Shown here piece after piece: positions 26,601 to 42,000 of a stretch of DNA of 64,000 nucleotides. A model generated the notes under the pieces. It did not search any database and was not told where the DNA came from. It saw only the letters and a program-made list of their open reading frames with translations. The number at the start of each line of letters is the position of its first letter. The first letter of the stretch is position 1. Source of the stretch: Balanoglossus misakiensis (lineage: Eukaryota > Animalia > Hemichordata); the NCBI GenBank assembly GCA_040954595.2, contig CM082584.2, positions 6,715,919 to 6,779,918 of the forward strand, in the 5' to 3' direction. The translations under genes and the position numbers were made by a program.

Positions 26601-29600
26601 ACATGTGTATTATTCGCGAGGCTGATTAAAATTAGTTGCATCGTTCTGCTACCAATTTCAGTTTCGATGGTAACTCGTTTATTTTTAGTACCGGGGTAAA
26701 CGTCTCCCTTGTGCGTTCTGAACAAGGAAAAGAAGATCGCACGACTTTACTGATGAAAACACTGAGTGTTACTAGTATCACTTGTGTAACTGTTTTGTAT
26801 TGTGGCCGCGTTAAAGGGAATGGGTCGTCGCGCCGCGTGGGTGTCCCCCTTGATGAGAATATGTCCTCCCATACCAGCGCAAAGCCCACTGCAGTCACCA
26901 CAACATTCTAGGATTTGCAATTGCTGTCATGCCCAGTCTACGCTATACAGTTGGCTGCTTCGTTCATTCTAAGAATTATCTAATTTTCAGGGATTTGTGG
27001 ATGAATTGTAAATGTTTATAAACAAACCATCGCTGTGCGGCGACCCCTTCACTTTAAATCTTTGGCGCAAATCATGCACTATGTATACATATCAAAGTAC
27101 TGCAGAGGCTGCAGTGATGAAGACAATATGACACATGGCATTGAACCTCTGGGCTTTGGATATTATAGAAGTGTCGCCTTCATTTAATTTAAAGCCGGGA
27201 GCGTAAACGTGCAACTGAAAGTAAGAATGATCAGTTTGACCAGCAGAAAGACACAATGTTTACACACATGACCAAGTTCAAAAACAGTACGATGAAAAGG
27301 TGATATATATCTGGCCAACTTTCGTTTCGTTTAGTCCAACGTGTACCAGCTCATGACACGCCAGCAATGTGAAACATGAACAGCGTCTTAAAGAATTTAT
27401 AGTAGCAATTTGTTATCTGAAAAATTACCATCCCCAAAGAAATGTTATCAATATAGCGTTTTAAAACGACGCTATGTGTCCCTATCGGAAAATATCTCTT
27501 CGACAAAGATGATCGCGGTATTCTTTTGTTTGATCATCTCGAGCAGGGCAAAATGGCAGTGCACTTTTCAGATGGTATGGTTGTCTAATGGTTTATCAAC
27601 TCGGAAGATATCTTATACACCCACGAGAGAGAAAAAAAACAATTTTCCATTCGATTCCAGGAAAATGACTATCGGAACACTTTGAACGTCTACTTAGCCG
27701 ACAGGCGTGCAAGACTCTGAATGGCGGCAAAATTGCAGCTCGTATATCATCGCGCGTGTTATTTCATCTTGCTATGGGTGCCTGTGTATTGAAGTATGAT
27801 AGCGCGTAGACTTGATGAGTTAATGCCGAGCACAATTCACCTATCGGAGCAAAGGCGCACACAACGTATAACCCGAGCACAATGTGTACAATCAGGCGAC
27901 TTCCACAAATATAGAGAAGTTGTTTTGCTTCCTGTATGTACTTCTTGTGAGGCGAAAGAGGTCTAATAGAGCTAGAGGGACCGTGGGTGTATGAACCGTT
28001 AATGAGCACCGTTTTCCCACAAAGATTTGGTTGTAAGCTTTAATGAAAAGCCTTCTTGAGAAGTAAGCAAAATTGGAGTTACCTTTCACTTTCACGAGAC
28101 TGTGATCTTTAGTTGGTTTCCTCGGGTTTGGTGCATTAAAATCTGTGTCTCTGTCTATATTATCTTGTGACAATCATGGTACTATAAAAAAGAGAAAAAA
28201 AATATTGATAACCTCTGGTCCAACAACATCTTATCAATACACGCCAAGCCAAAACTGAACCAGTCAACTCAATTGGCTAGAATTGATCCGCCAGACAAAG
28301 GTCAATGCCTTTACATTCTGGTGTTGAACTTGCTTAGTGAGTACCCGATAAGACAGTGACGAACATGACAAGCCTTTAAAATAATAACACACGCCTTTTA
28401 CAACTCTCGCGCATAGGCCCATGCCAGTAATTGTCCCTGCTCGCTCGAAGCATCTTCGACGGAGCTCGGCTACACATGTCATGTAATCGCCGACGTCACG
28501 TGTACGTTAGATTATTGGGAGTGACATACATGTAAATCACTAATGCACTTTCATAACTATTACCGGTCATTCTTGATATGGAAACTTTAAACGCAAGAAA
28601 AATCACGATCTCTTCTTAGAAATCATTACAGCTGTCGTCAGAGAAACGATAAACATCTTGACGAAGTAAGTGAGTCATGTATATGTCAAGCAAGATGCAT
28701 CTGAATATGGCGGGGATTGCGTGAAACAACCACAGAATTAGGCACACAATACCCAATCCCGTGAATACAATCGTCCCCGTGGGCCCAGAAATTCGGAAAC
28801 GTTTCAGAAGATGAGGTGGCCCCGTGCCAACCCTCTTTGCGAGGCGGTTCGATGCCGGAGGTTGGGGCTTCGAGTCCTGCTAGGTACTTGTGCATCATTT
28901 GAGTCATTAGCCGGTCGCGAACTGCTTCTATCTCAAGACAGGTCACATGAAAGTTTCTCGTTCTTCCAAGCCTGCATGGCCGCGGCGCCTATAAGTTATA
29001 GCGCATGCGCGAACCTTATCGTTGTCTCGTAATCATTCATTATTCATGCAGTCGCCGACGTTGGAGTTCACGTTCATAGCTGCATGGTCATGATTCGAAG
29101 AATTCACATGTTTAAGTTTAAGATCAGTTAGTTCAGTAACGAAACGGAGAACCAACGGTCATGGAAACTAACATGTCGGACCGAAGCATGCGCGTTTCAC
29201 TTGTTTAATCACGTTATGATGTGCACTCAAGTAATATAATTCGGTGTTATACCGTGTCAAGAGTGCCATAGCCGGTATAAAATGCTTAAAAGAACATCAT
29301 GAATGTAGTTAAAGGGAAATTAATGTTATTAATTAATTAAATAATTAATTAATTTAATTAAGTAAAAAAAAAGAAATATTTTGTTTTGAATTTTTTCCAC
29401 TCTCGTTAATCACTGACACCGCTGTCAAGTTCAAGTCTTCAACAAATTGATGAAATTTACATTTCTGACAAATGCAATCAGTGTTCATTTCGGCTATATA
29501 AGCATTGTGTCGCCAATTCAAAAATGGTTTGTTAACCAATATGTATAGATTGAACCATGACTGTACATGTGAGTGGGTAAAGGCTGAAGCGCCTAGGGTA

Positions 29601-32555
29601 TAAACTCTGCAATGGCTACGTGCGCGCTTGTGGGTTTTATTTATTAACATAGATCAATGTCTTCTCTGTACAAGAATATATGTCAGTTCAGACTTTCAAG
29701 TACCCATGAAGACATTGTATGGTTTTACTTCATTTTGGAATACAAAGAAGCCGGGGGTATTTCAAAAATTATCTGACTGATATTTAGCGGGTCTCATCTT
29801 TTTCGTCCTCAAGAACTAACCACCGGTTGTCGGGATGCCGCGTTTTATTAAGAAAAACAGCAAAGCTAGGCGGGCCGGGTACTTCATGTTTTGACTCAAG
29901 TGGCTCGGCGGCTTTTCAAAAGTCATGAACTCACTGAAGACAAGCTTTTCATTTCCGCAAAAATCTTCTTCTCGTGTGGCGTGAGCGTGATGTTTTGAAA
30001 TAAGAAAACCATTAGAGAGTAAGAGGGTTTGTTTCACTGCAAGCAGCCATCCTAGCTAGAGACCTGCCTCAGACATGCTGGCACGAGATGCCATCCCCAG
30101 AGTTCTCATACGGCGGACCGTCGCTGATACGGTACAACTTTGATATGCTTATCTTCAACAACGGGTCTTTAGGACCAATTTTTGATGCTGTTGATTACTT
30201 AAACAGCCACTATCTGTAACTTCTGACTAGTTTGTCAATATTTTGTGTGCGTATCAAAGACATTTTTGTTCCACTCCCTAAGGAGTCTCATCATGCCCGG
30301 TTTTCTGCTTGTAACAAGTCACGTGTATGTGTACAGACCATTGTAATTGTTTACAAATGCATTCAAGTCCGGACTTTAATACAATTTTTCAAGTCAATAA
30401 CAATGCCGATTGTGCACTCATAGGCTTTGTTCATAAGATTAACACTGCCTCTAAGCCCCGAACAAGAAAAAAAGTACATGTATGGATGATACTCAGAATA
30501 AAAATACTGAAAAAAAACAACTCGCCAACAGTTACAAAAAAGGATCATTAATACAAGTCCCAACTTGAATTCGGTTTCAACAATAACAATATTGGCTGTG
30601 TTAACCTATCCAGCTTAATGCTGTTTTTGCAGGAAACCGCCTGAGAAATAACAACTATTACAAAGAATGAAATTTACGAAAAAAATAACAAATTACAGCT
30701 AGTGGGGTGCATATTTCAAATTGCTACATTTGCCACCGAGGGAACCAATCATATCCGAGGTCGCGGTTGTGACAAGGGTAGATTCTGGGAAAAAAAGTTG
30801 TTTACAGCAAAACGGGAGGCTATAAAAGGTTGACCATTCAAATCTGGCTGACGACATTTTGTTACCGCCAATTCTACTCGTGCGCAGAAGTCACCATTTC
30901 TACTAGTCTGTGCTGTGTGTGAGTTAGCATATGAGTACCTGCTGTTGGAACTGTCGACCCAAGCAGCCATTGGCCAAAACTGCCATTCCCCCATGATGAC
31001 ACGAACGCGCACCACTCCGCATGCGTGAGTCTGAACCGTTACGTCACAACCAGGTACACTACTGTTCGGCCGCAACTAAATAGTGAGTCCTCGCATTTCT
31101 GGTCTTATGGTGATCACCGTATCATCGACTAACAACACTTACTTCGTCACCATTCTGTCGACCGGAGACCGCGGACACTGTATCTATACGCGGAATAAAG
31201 TAGCCAAAAGTTAGAGTGGATTTTACAAGGCTACGCCCACTCAGGTAAGAAAACATAACAAAGCCGCGAGTGTATTTGGAGGCATATTACACTGGTAACC
31301 TACGGCAACGTTCAATTTTTTAAAAAATGGCTTTATTTACGCCACGAAAATATATAAAAATGTTTTTCTCGAAAGAAATCATAAAAAAGAACATCTGGGC
31401 ATGTAAATCAAACGTTCGGGGTTTATTGATTGTTCCATGTGAGCGACTAAAACAAAAAATGTCGAGCTACGGAAAAATGAGAGTATCATAAAAGTAAAAA
31501 AAGTAGTGAGCCATTAAAAATCCGGATAGTCACAGTCAAAAGAAATGGAGAACGAACATCAGCAAAAATAGAAACTTGTCAAGGCGATATTCCTTTTTTC
31601 CGCGGTTAAGAATAGAAGGGAGGTTAGAACCTCAGGATACTCGTATGATTATTAGGTTACTTCAATATGTCACTAATTTGCGAAAAAGGGCAATGTGGGG
31701 CGCTGGCGTGTTTCAATGATCATGCTTAAGGCACTATATACGTACGGCGCGCAGTGCTATGTAATTGATCGGGATGTTATAGCCAACGCATGCATATTAT
31801 CACACACCGGGTATACACTGTCTCCTTCAAACGATCGCTTTGCGGACGTTGAACCCAAACTCAAGACAGCTTAGGTTTGTGAAGACATTTCTTAAAGTAA
31901 CGAGGCGTATGTTTGAAGCAAAGATTTGTCGGTCAAAAAACAGGCACATAAGTGTTTCCACCACCCTTGAAATCTATATGTTCCTGGAACGCCCATTCTA
32001 TTGTGAGTTGTACACGCAACGATCCAGGGCCCCAGCTAAATATCAATTTAACAGTTAGAGGCAAAATGAAGCCTCAATTACATGTTAAGATGTTCAACCC
32101 TTCATAAAAAGCGAAACATATATCGTTTGTTAAGCAGGAATTCGTTGTTTCAATATCATTCCTACAAATCGTTGTGGTACACCTTTCTGCTATTGTTGCC
32201 ACGTTTACCAGACACTGTCATGAATACATTCCACTAATTAAAAGGCGCGTGTGAAAAGAGATCCAATTTAATGATACACGAACTGTATCTACGACGCTTT
32301 GGACTATCAATGCCCTTAGGGGGTCGGTATACGCAGAACTGCTCTCGTCTTCAGAGTATAACGACCTATCTTCTCACTATCACGCTTACTTGGATGAAAC
32401 TGAAAAATTATACACACAGCGAGATGTAAGTCCCCGTTGATTTTTACTAATCTATCAGCACGTTGCGCGTAAATGTATCTTTTGTTGACCCCTCTCTCCT
32501 TCATTCCTACGTGGGAACAAAAGACTTATTCAGTACAGTGTAATCTCTTTGCGTA

Positions 32556-32695
32556 CCTCTCTCTCTCCCTCCCCCTCTCTCTTTCCCTGTCCTCTCTCCC
32601 CCTCTCCCCCTCCCCCTCTCCCTCTCTCTCCCTCTCTCTCTCCCCCCTCTCTTCAATCTATTTCTATTTCTCTTTCTTTCTTTCTCCCTATCTAT
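32556..32695. repeat. Polypyrimidine (CT-rich) low-complexity tract
   Basis: Directly visible. Confidence 0.85.
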
Positions 32696-33639
32696 GACTT
32701 TTCCCTGTACAATACATCTTTAGAGCTAAAATGATACTTAAAAGAGGTAGTCTCTTAACAGATATATGTTTGTACTATTGGCATCCATGGTTGACAATTA
32801 GAGTTACAAAGTCAGAGTTAGCGAACAAATTTGACGAAAGCTTTCAACAGATATTGTTCTCATCAAGGTCTCACTGTACTAAGAGAAATGCAGTTTCATT
32901 TCAATTAACCCCCATGGCCATGGCTTTGATCTTATGGATGTATGTCCCTGATTACTGTGCGCAAACGAGAGATAAACCCAAGGCAAAGCTTATCACATAT
33001 ACTGCATGCAACGAAAGTCAGCAGTTATTTCGATAAATGTTACGAAACCCGTGAAAATGTAATAATATTTCTATGTTGAAACCGACCAGGAAATGGAACA
33101 CATTCACGATAGCATATCCTGTAAACGCATGAACGATTTGACTTCTTAATTTTTTTTAATATGAAAAAAATAGAAGTAGATTCAGTGCGCCGCAAGCTTT
33201 TATCCCGTGTAACTACTATCAGTTTCGATTGCTCGGCTACCGTTTATGGTTCGTTTAACGCATTATGGTCACGGCGCGCAGGTTGCGGTTGAAGTACGTG
33301 TCAGCACCGTAGCTTTGTCGGTCTATCAAAGTGGAATGATTTTCTCGAAATGATCTCGTTCAGAAAATGCCTTTCGCTTGATTTTTTTTTCGAAATGAAC
33401 CAGTCTTGCTGATTTGAGGGTCAGCGCAGCAAAGCGTTTGCCACTGTTTCAGAAGGGCGTGTGCAGTCTACTTACCGCGAAAATGTTTCGTCGACGCGCG
33501 CTAATTTCACGTAAATTAATTCTAAGCACGTCCGAAAATACATGTACAACCAATATGAAACCTTGTTTAAAGTAGCACATTGGGGTATCTGATATTTCAA
33601 ATTTGCAAGTGTGGGGTAAATTTATGACTGACAGGTAGG

Positions 33640-33735
33640 CAGACGGACGGACGGACAGATAGACACGTATTGACTAACGAACGGATGGATTGAAGGATGG
33701 ATGGATGGATGGATGGATGGATGGATGGATGGATG
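33640..33735. repeat. (GGAC)n/(GGAT)n microsatellite
   Basis: Directly visible; pure (GGAT)n at about 33695-33735. Confidence 0.88.
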
Positions 33736-36700
33736 AATAGTCGTGTATATGTAGATAGACTGTCTCGCAGGCTGCCATACAGCAAGCAACCTTACTTCAA
33801 TTTTGTGTGCGTCGCAGAAAGTTCAAACGTCATTCATGACATTATCAAGAAGAGTACTAGTGTTCTTAATTGTGTAATACAACGACATCAGCAAACGCCG
33901 CTGAAGTTAATCTTAGAATTTGATAAGTCACAACGTGTTGATTAATAATTTAAAATTCATCTGCCAGTCTCATCACAAGAGACATCCATCTCCGCGCGCT
34001 GTCTCCTTCGAACTGAGCATGCGTAACTGCGCCGCACCTGCGTTGTTGCGTGTTTGCCTGCGGCAGTTTGATCTGTGCATTTATTCCTGGGATTTCTGAG
34101 ATACTGTTTAGTCTGGCTGGTTTTCAACTCTCAGGGACTTGTGACAAGGCACGGACAGGGAAAGGGAGAATCTCGCCCGCCGCCACATATCACATCGGTG
34201 AGTAACGTTCACATCAGCTTTGTTTGCGAATTTTTTTATGAGCTTGGGCAGAAACTACAGTAAGCTTGTTCGCTCTACCCATACGTGCTGTGACTCACCG
34301 CAATCCAACATTTCAACAGTTTCGCCGAATAGGACTGTCTTCCACACTGCACTTAGATGTTGTCACAAAATAGTAAACACTTGAGAAGAAAAACAATCTC
34401 TGAAGTTGTAGAAGACTAACATAATTCGCTCATTTAATTTAAACGACAAACTAGAAACAAAGAAAGCAGCAACGATCGGTTGACTCACCGGGAAGAACCA
34501 TTGCAACGACCCCTCCTCCACATCATCCATACGAAGTTCCATCTACTTTTACTTAGCCCATCTCATTTCACTCCAAATCGGCTTAAAACACTTAGCTTAA
34601 GCTTCAACAAATACTTTTCTTCTTTGTGACCTGTATTAGTGAACGAGAGTATAAAAATAGAAATGTATACGATCTAGTATATGTAACTCACTGCTGGAGA
34701 TTATGTTTTCGTCTTTCGTAAGGAAGTCGCCCTGTGTTCGTTCTTTTTTTGCCGCTGGCGCGAAAAAATACGTTACTCTCCGCGCGGGGAGAGGGGTCCA
34801 CGAAATCGAGAAACAGTTTATGCCCGTGAGACGGGCGTGGAGACATCATTAATCGTATTCATATGTGTAACTAAGTCCCTTCGTATCGTGGCAGCAACCA
34901 ATTTAATTACCAAACTCACGCAATTCTGGGAAACGGAATTGAGATATGAATCATGTCTGTTCCCAGCTTTTGCGGGTTGACGGCTCATTTGCGATCTGGT
35001 GGAGTGTAGACGAGAGAGTTTTCGTATGATTGTGGAAAACGACCCAAGAGGAAGGTGGGCACAGACATGTACGTGTATTTCTTCCATGCCGTAGATCACT
35101 TCTGGGAAAGGCAAATTACACGGCATCGTGACGCCATCATGACGATGATAACCTCGGGTTTTGTTTTGTATGATTTCTGGAATGATAAGATCACGTCCCT
35201 ACTAATGCAATGTCGTAAACCGCTCTCCTGTCCACAGCGCCCGTATTGCCAGTAAATTAGGAGAGAGAAACAGATAAATACGAGCATCATATCAGTTTTC
35301 ATTTGGTAATTTGTCATTTTGGAACATTTCGTTAGAATATTTCGGACATTTGAATTTGAAAATGACCTAGCCGGCTGATGGTCATTTCATGACTACTCAA
35401 AAAATCCTCCGACTTCTAAGGGAAAATAATACAGCGTATCGATGGCTGTTTTAATTATACGGTTCGCTGGTTTTATTTTCGTATTTTCCTATCCAAATAC
35501 GAAAGCCCACGAGCTGCCATGTTCATATATTCTAGGGATAAAATACTTCTACTTCTACTTCACCTTATGCCCAGCCGACGGGCGAAACCGTCTCTAGGCC
35601 TAATATGCATAATGCGCATATTAGGTTAGTATTGTGTACTCTGACGGGAGGCTGAATAAACGAGTGCGGCACCCGTTTATTTTTTATTCGACTCACATTT
35701 AAGCACACAGACATAGACAGAGATATGTCTGTGTATACTCATCATAAGGCTAAATATAATGAACCGATCTAAGTTTGAAAAGAAAAATCATGAAAATAAC
35801 GCAAACAGTGGCAGGCAGTCCATGGGGTTTTCATGTGACAACATATGTCGGAATATTAAAAATCATTCAACCTGAAATTTCGCTTACAGAACTCAAAGAA
35901 CGGCAACAATGAGAATATTATAGTAGTGAAGTCGTTCTAAATTATTCAAATTGATACTGTATCAATGCCCTTTGATTTGCTGAATGAACTGGGTGAATTA
36001 GCATACGTACTGTTAGTAACGGATCACACTATAAGTGCACACATAAAACTATATAGCAGAAATCATATAAATGCCCATAACTTCAGTCCTCTTTTTAAAA
36101 GATCAATACTTCTGTTCATAAAATAACTGCACTATATAATTATGAATAAACGAGAAACTATGTCTCTGTAGCCTAATTCTGTAAGCCCTCCGCTAACCCA
36201 AACTTTAATTACGATAAGCTGTCTGAGCACATACTCTGTGTGTGAAAGTATGGTTCTGCCAGACATATTGCGTTGAAAGAAACGTATTTCAGACGTCAAT
36301 TTTCGTTGTCTCTTGCTGGGCTGTAGACAGGGGCAACGAAGGGACTAGAATGTTAGATTGATGTTTGAAACTGTTCCGCGGAACCAATGCCCCGCTATCA
36401 CATAGAAGGAGCGCAGTGAACCGGCGCTATACAGAGGCGACAGCAAACGGCTCAAAAGCTTACAGCGTTCTCGAAAAAAGTGTGAATTTGATTTGTTGTT
36501 CGCGTGGATAAGATTTACTTCAAGTCGATCGGAAGTTCAGAATGAAAACTCAATATTAGCCAACAAATTTGCTCTGAAGTTCGTAAAAGAAACCGTTTGT
36601 TAGTCTTCGTCGCGATGATTAATATCGCTCTCTCGCGCAAAATTGATTTCGCAGTATTATCGAGACTTGCAATTTCTTCATTTAATTTATTACACACGCG

Positions 36701-39700
36701 AGACTGCGGGTCGTAAAAACGAGACGGTTATTTACAACCCTTAGAAAACGAGCATGTAGGCCTATAGCGTCGTTAGCGAAAGAGAATTGAGAACATCGCC
36801 CTAGCAGTGACCGATCGACGTGAAAAGTCACAGTTCGTCACGTTGTTGTAATAATCCCGCGATCAATCTGGCGAACGCTATCGTAAGGTGCGATAAGGCT
36901 TTAGTCTCGCGTTAAGGTTTTATGACATAATAACCGACCTGAAAGATGTTAGGGCTCAAAAATTTACGGTTTCTGGCAATTTCATCGTCCAACGCTCATC
37001 GGCCCGTGAATTTATGCCGATTGGGATAATAAAATGACAGAGTATGAATAAAAGCCGTACGGTGGAGAAATCGTTATCTTTTTTATAGTGAAACCCTCTC
37101 ATGACGAAAAATATAGAATTCACAAAATTTTTATTAGGAGAGCCAATAACACAATGCGGTGGCTGTAATATTGAAAACCGATTAATTTAATTTATTTTAA
37201 TTGATAAACGTAAATATCGTAGTCTTGTGTGTTGTAAAACAAAACATGAATAAAATATAAGTGATTTGCATAAGGAATCGCACCGTTGATCCGGCCCCAG
37301 GCAAATAAGTGATATGAACAGCCAATTGTAGTGTAGACGCCGACAGTGATGATTAAGGATCAGGGTCGTCACGCGCGTATAATGAACGATCAATGATGAC
37401 GTTGTCTAGCCAGAACAGTCGTAAATGAACATTTCTGCGCGCCGCGGTGGGAATTTCGCTTGATTGAAATTCTGTCTTTGTTTTGCCTTTTTCTGATTTC
37501 TATTGTTTCTTTTGTACGATTAGGGTTATAATACTGGCATATATGCTCCCGGGAATATATTTTTATACATATAGAGGATGGTGCAGCGTATAGAAAGGGG
37601 AAACGGAAGAAAAATGAAAATGTCCCACTCCATCATTGAAAATTGACTCATATGATTAATAGTTATAATGGACAGCCATTGGGCAAATACAATGTTTGTC
37701 TGGTTCATGTGATCCATGGATATGACCTACATATTTATTAATGGAAACTAGTTAATGGGAACTATGGAAATACATAAACAGATCACTGCGATCATGTTGA
37801 TACATGTACTAATTACCATTTATTGCCAACGTATTTATGAAATTTGATCAAGAAAAGGTCGCTTGGTTTTGATATACATGTATGGCAATATTTCGTTAAT
37901 TTTGAAAATGAGATTATAATAACTGATCACCAAATCTTCAGCAGAATTGTCAAGACATTTGCGATTCATTGAAACGTGTCGAGCCCAACAAGCTACGCGG
38001 CAAAGCTATACAGAGACGCACATGTAGGTCGTATTCTAATTTGTACTTCTCCCCCCAAACCAAACTCGTCCACATCAGCTGCAAACCTCTTAAACCACCC
38101 ACGTTGAACAGTCTACCCGGAAAACATGCATTGACTCAGACCTTGCAAAATGTAAAAGACGACGATTTTCCGCGACTCATTTACAAAAGAGTGACGATTC
38201 CTTACGGAGTTTTTTGTTAAAAACGCCAATATAGGCAAGGCGATTTTTTTCACGAACACAGCACAATTGTTTTTTGTCGTTCGCTTGAGCACGGACGCTA
38301 CCTGTCGACCATCGCGCTTGTTTTCAGATCAACATGAATTGGGTCGATTTTTCATTTGCGCCTTCGGTAGTAGATGCAAACAGACTTGACTTCATTTTTC
38401 AACATAGAATAGCAACTGTCGTTAAAATATACAACGGTGACCGACAAACAGAATAGTGGTAGTAAGCACAGCAGAAAATACTGAACACGTGCTCAGTTCT
38501 ATGTGCGAAAAGGGCTGATTTCTCGCCGGAACCGAATTGGTTGTCCTGCTCAAGCAGGCGCGAAGTTTTGCGTGGGCACACACATCAGTTCTTTTCACGG
38601 TGTCAAATCACGTGATCGTTCCATCAAACGATCTCGGGATGGTGTTTTTATATTAGATCGCAGCCATTTCTCCTGGCGCGGGCTTCTTCGAGGCGGCCGG
38701 TAAGTGGAAACGATTAAGAACGCAAATATCTGACGGGATTTCAGTGGGACTTGTAAAATTGTGAGTTAGTTTTGAGTAGAACTTGGTAAACAGTCTTTTC
38801 TGTGTTGAAATGTTACAGTATCGGACTTTTTTATCAACCCGTTCAAGCATCAATTTGCATAAATTTAAATATACGGGACGGGACTTATTTGTGAGAATCA
38901 TGTTATCTTATGTTATATTATGTCAACCACGAGATTTACTCCAGAAATGAATCATCTGAATTCTGTAAAATCGTGCTACTTAATACTCAGTGATACACCC
39001 AGTTACAACATTTTAGGCAATATGCCAGTGGGCGGCCATTTTGTTTATGCAAATTAAGAAATCGTTGTTTTGGGACTGGTAAATATGATATTTGTAATTA
39101 GCGCACAATTCTTAGAAAAAAAGTGTTTACGAATTTTTGCTCTAAAATAACCACCGGGCGAGTTTCCTGAATATATCGTGACCAGTCTATACCAACAATA
39201 TCGTATTCAGAAAGAACAATTTTTCCCAATAGACTACTGCGCCGGTGTTTGTTTACAACCCATTAAAGTATATCGAGTTTCCGTGAGAGATTCGGGCAGC
39301 TTACAATGCATTTACAGAGAACAGGAACAGAAAAAAACACTTTCTTTCTGTCCAAATTGTATAAGTCTTTAGTCGTGCCGTGTGCGCGCTGAATTTTTAT
39401 CGCACAATACTTTTGGCAGCTTCAGATAGTTTCTAGGAAATCTCAAGACGTTTTGACAAAAGCGCCATATCTTTTGCAAAACGCACCACCTTTGAAAACC
39501 TACATGTATACTCTACAAAGTGCATCATTTGAAATCACTTGTACTTTATCGAGAATCAGTAGTTGGCACCCATCATCTCTCCACTAAAACGTGTCGATTG
39601 GCGTGTGGACATTATTTCCGCTGGCTCCTCAATATCAAGCTTAAAGGATTCAGCTTTGACTTCGCCAGATTTTGTAGTCTGAATCCAATCATCTATTACG

Positions 39701-41145
39701 CGTGGACTGCAAATGTGCTACAAAGCTGTTCTATTCTTCCTATTTCAGTCACACAAAGGATTTCCTCTTAATATGGCTGCCTATCTTGAATGTCAATGTT
39801 CCCCCCCTCCCACCACAAACTGCGGGACTGATCAACTCGAGAGTTCGAGATTCCTCAGTATTACATTTTCAACACAGCCCTTTTGCAGTAATCAGCGTTG
39901 TTATTGTTGAAAATTGAATTCAAGTCCGGACTTCAAATTGAATGTGTATGCGAACAACATCAATGGCCGTCAGGCTTTCTGGAGAAGGTAATGACTGAAT
40001 ATTTAATAACGCTAAAGGAGGACTGGATAAGTAGGCCTTTTCCGACTCTCATTAACTGTTATTACACGCCCCCGTGAGTGCCAGAGAGAGTCTGTTGTAG
40101 TTCGTAACAATGGCGCATATTTTTCGTAGTGCAGTGCGTATACACGTAGTTCAGGTGGAACATACAGATTAATTTTCGCATAAATTCTGAACCATTTCTG
40201 TATAGGTTGCTCGAAGGCACACCTGTCAGCAATGTTCTCGCGAATATTACACAGATAACGACGACGGGCCCCAGGCATGCGCAGAAGGGGTACAACTATG
40301 GTTCGAGTCGCTGAAAGGAGTTTGGAGTACATGTAATTCTAAAGAAAACATCAATATCGAATACGTGTTGCTTGTACTCAGGCGAGTGAAGCAACCCGTA
40401 TGTGCACTGTTGCGTTTGCGTCAGTGGACACCGCGTTAGATTATTGACAACCGAACATAATTGGGAAAAATACCAATAAATGCAACCACAAAGCGCATGT
40501 TTAATACCTGGGTAGTATATGCATACCAACGAATATTGCACTTTGTATACGCGTCTGATTTATAGGACAATGCGCCGTTACATGCCCTGAAGGTCCCTTA
40601 CACACACACATCACTTACGTTAATTTGTTCAACGCAGTGGGGAACAATTTATATGCAGAGAGTTTCAACAAAAGGTAGTTTACAACTCTATATAATTCTC
40701 CAGATGCACAAGCTTACATTCACACATTAGCTCGACACCTCGAGAACGGCAAAGTATACGAGAGCACGTTTTGCAGTACAAGTATATCACAATCCGTTTT
40801 AGTATTTGATAACCATCAGTCGTTCGTTATTAATTTGTGTCTTTTTGAGGAGTGTTCCTGACGTTTCACGCAGAAGCTATTGCAATCGACCGAAATCCAC
40901 AGTCTTTGAATGAGTTCTGAGAAGGACATAAAAAACGTGCCATCATACAGTATTACCTGGAAAATAGCCTAATTTCGAGGAGATGTTTGAAGCAGCCGGC
41001 CTTGTCACCATTCAATGCAGTCAGTGGGAATAAGAGTTCGCACACGAGTATTATTCATGCTTTTGTACAGCGCTTTCTGTTGGTTAAGGTAGTCTGCATC
41101 TTAAAAATAATTTTTCTCATATGTTGCTCAAGTTTAAGATTGTTT

Positions 41146-41250
41146 GCTTTTAAAATTGGGAATAAAAAATGGGGGTCATCACAATTTTTTTTAACGAGAG
41201 AGCAAAATTGTCTGAAATTTGCCGGGAATTGAAAATAGCCGCCAATCTCC
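41146..41250 (+). repeat. Copy of the CAAAATGGCCGCC-containing short repeat family
   Basis: ttttaaaattgggaataaaaaatgggggtca...gagagagcaaaattgtctgaaattt...gaaaatagccgccaatctc aligns to 13565-13675. Confidence 0.65.
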
Positions 41251-42000
41251 ATTTTTGACAAAACATTGGCAATGGCGGCGACGGCAAGTCACATAACGAC
41301 ACTGCGCGAGACTGAACACAGAGGGCGCGCTTCAGGGGTGTTCTTTGTCAAAAAACTGAACAGTTTCCCGCGAATATGAACACAGTCACATATTTTATCG
41401 GAGCGCTAAATCCTAGCAAGAAGAACGTCATTATGCGTTTGATTACAGCGCCATCAGCAAACACTGATGGGGGAAATTGAGAGAGGTTTATCGAGTCGTG
41501 TCTTCCACGAACTTATAACGAGGAACCGGATGTGAAGGTGATTCCATTCTAGACACGTCACCCCGCCGTAATCTGCGGAACGAAATAATGACGCTGGCGG
41601 AAGCGATTACCACCGGGAGGGGAAACGACACATCAACCAAAGACACCATCTCCTAATGGAATCTGACGGAACGCTTTTGAGTGTTTTAGTCACCGCGGCC
41701 ATCAGGTGCACAATGAGACATTCTCCCGGCACTCGATCACGTTTCCCGCGCTCTTCCGATGATTTCTGAAGTAAGCGCGATTTGTAGTAGGTTTTTCCCC
41801 CCAGTGAACATAAGTAGAACTTGAAATGTAAGTGGTGCGATTTCTAAGAGAAACATTGCATTGCAAGGACATCCGAGTGTTTTATCGCCGCTCGAAAACG
41901 ACCCGGGCGCGGTATACTTGAAGTTCACCTAATGCAAATTTAACATCTGTTGCCAAGAAAAATTGAAATATAGCCAATCAAGGATTTTCAGTTGGTGGAA

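Noticed and set aside
28815-28885. tRNA/SINE-like B-box (GGTTCGATGCC at 28846-28856; GCTTCGAGTCC nearby)
   Set aside because: No convincing A-box or cloverleaf; the T-stem is only 3 bp.
35565-35650. Hammerhead ribozyme
   Set aside because: Stem plus GAAAC is present but the CUGAnGA core is missing; kept only as a low-interest hairpin cluster.
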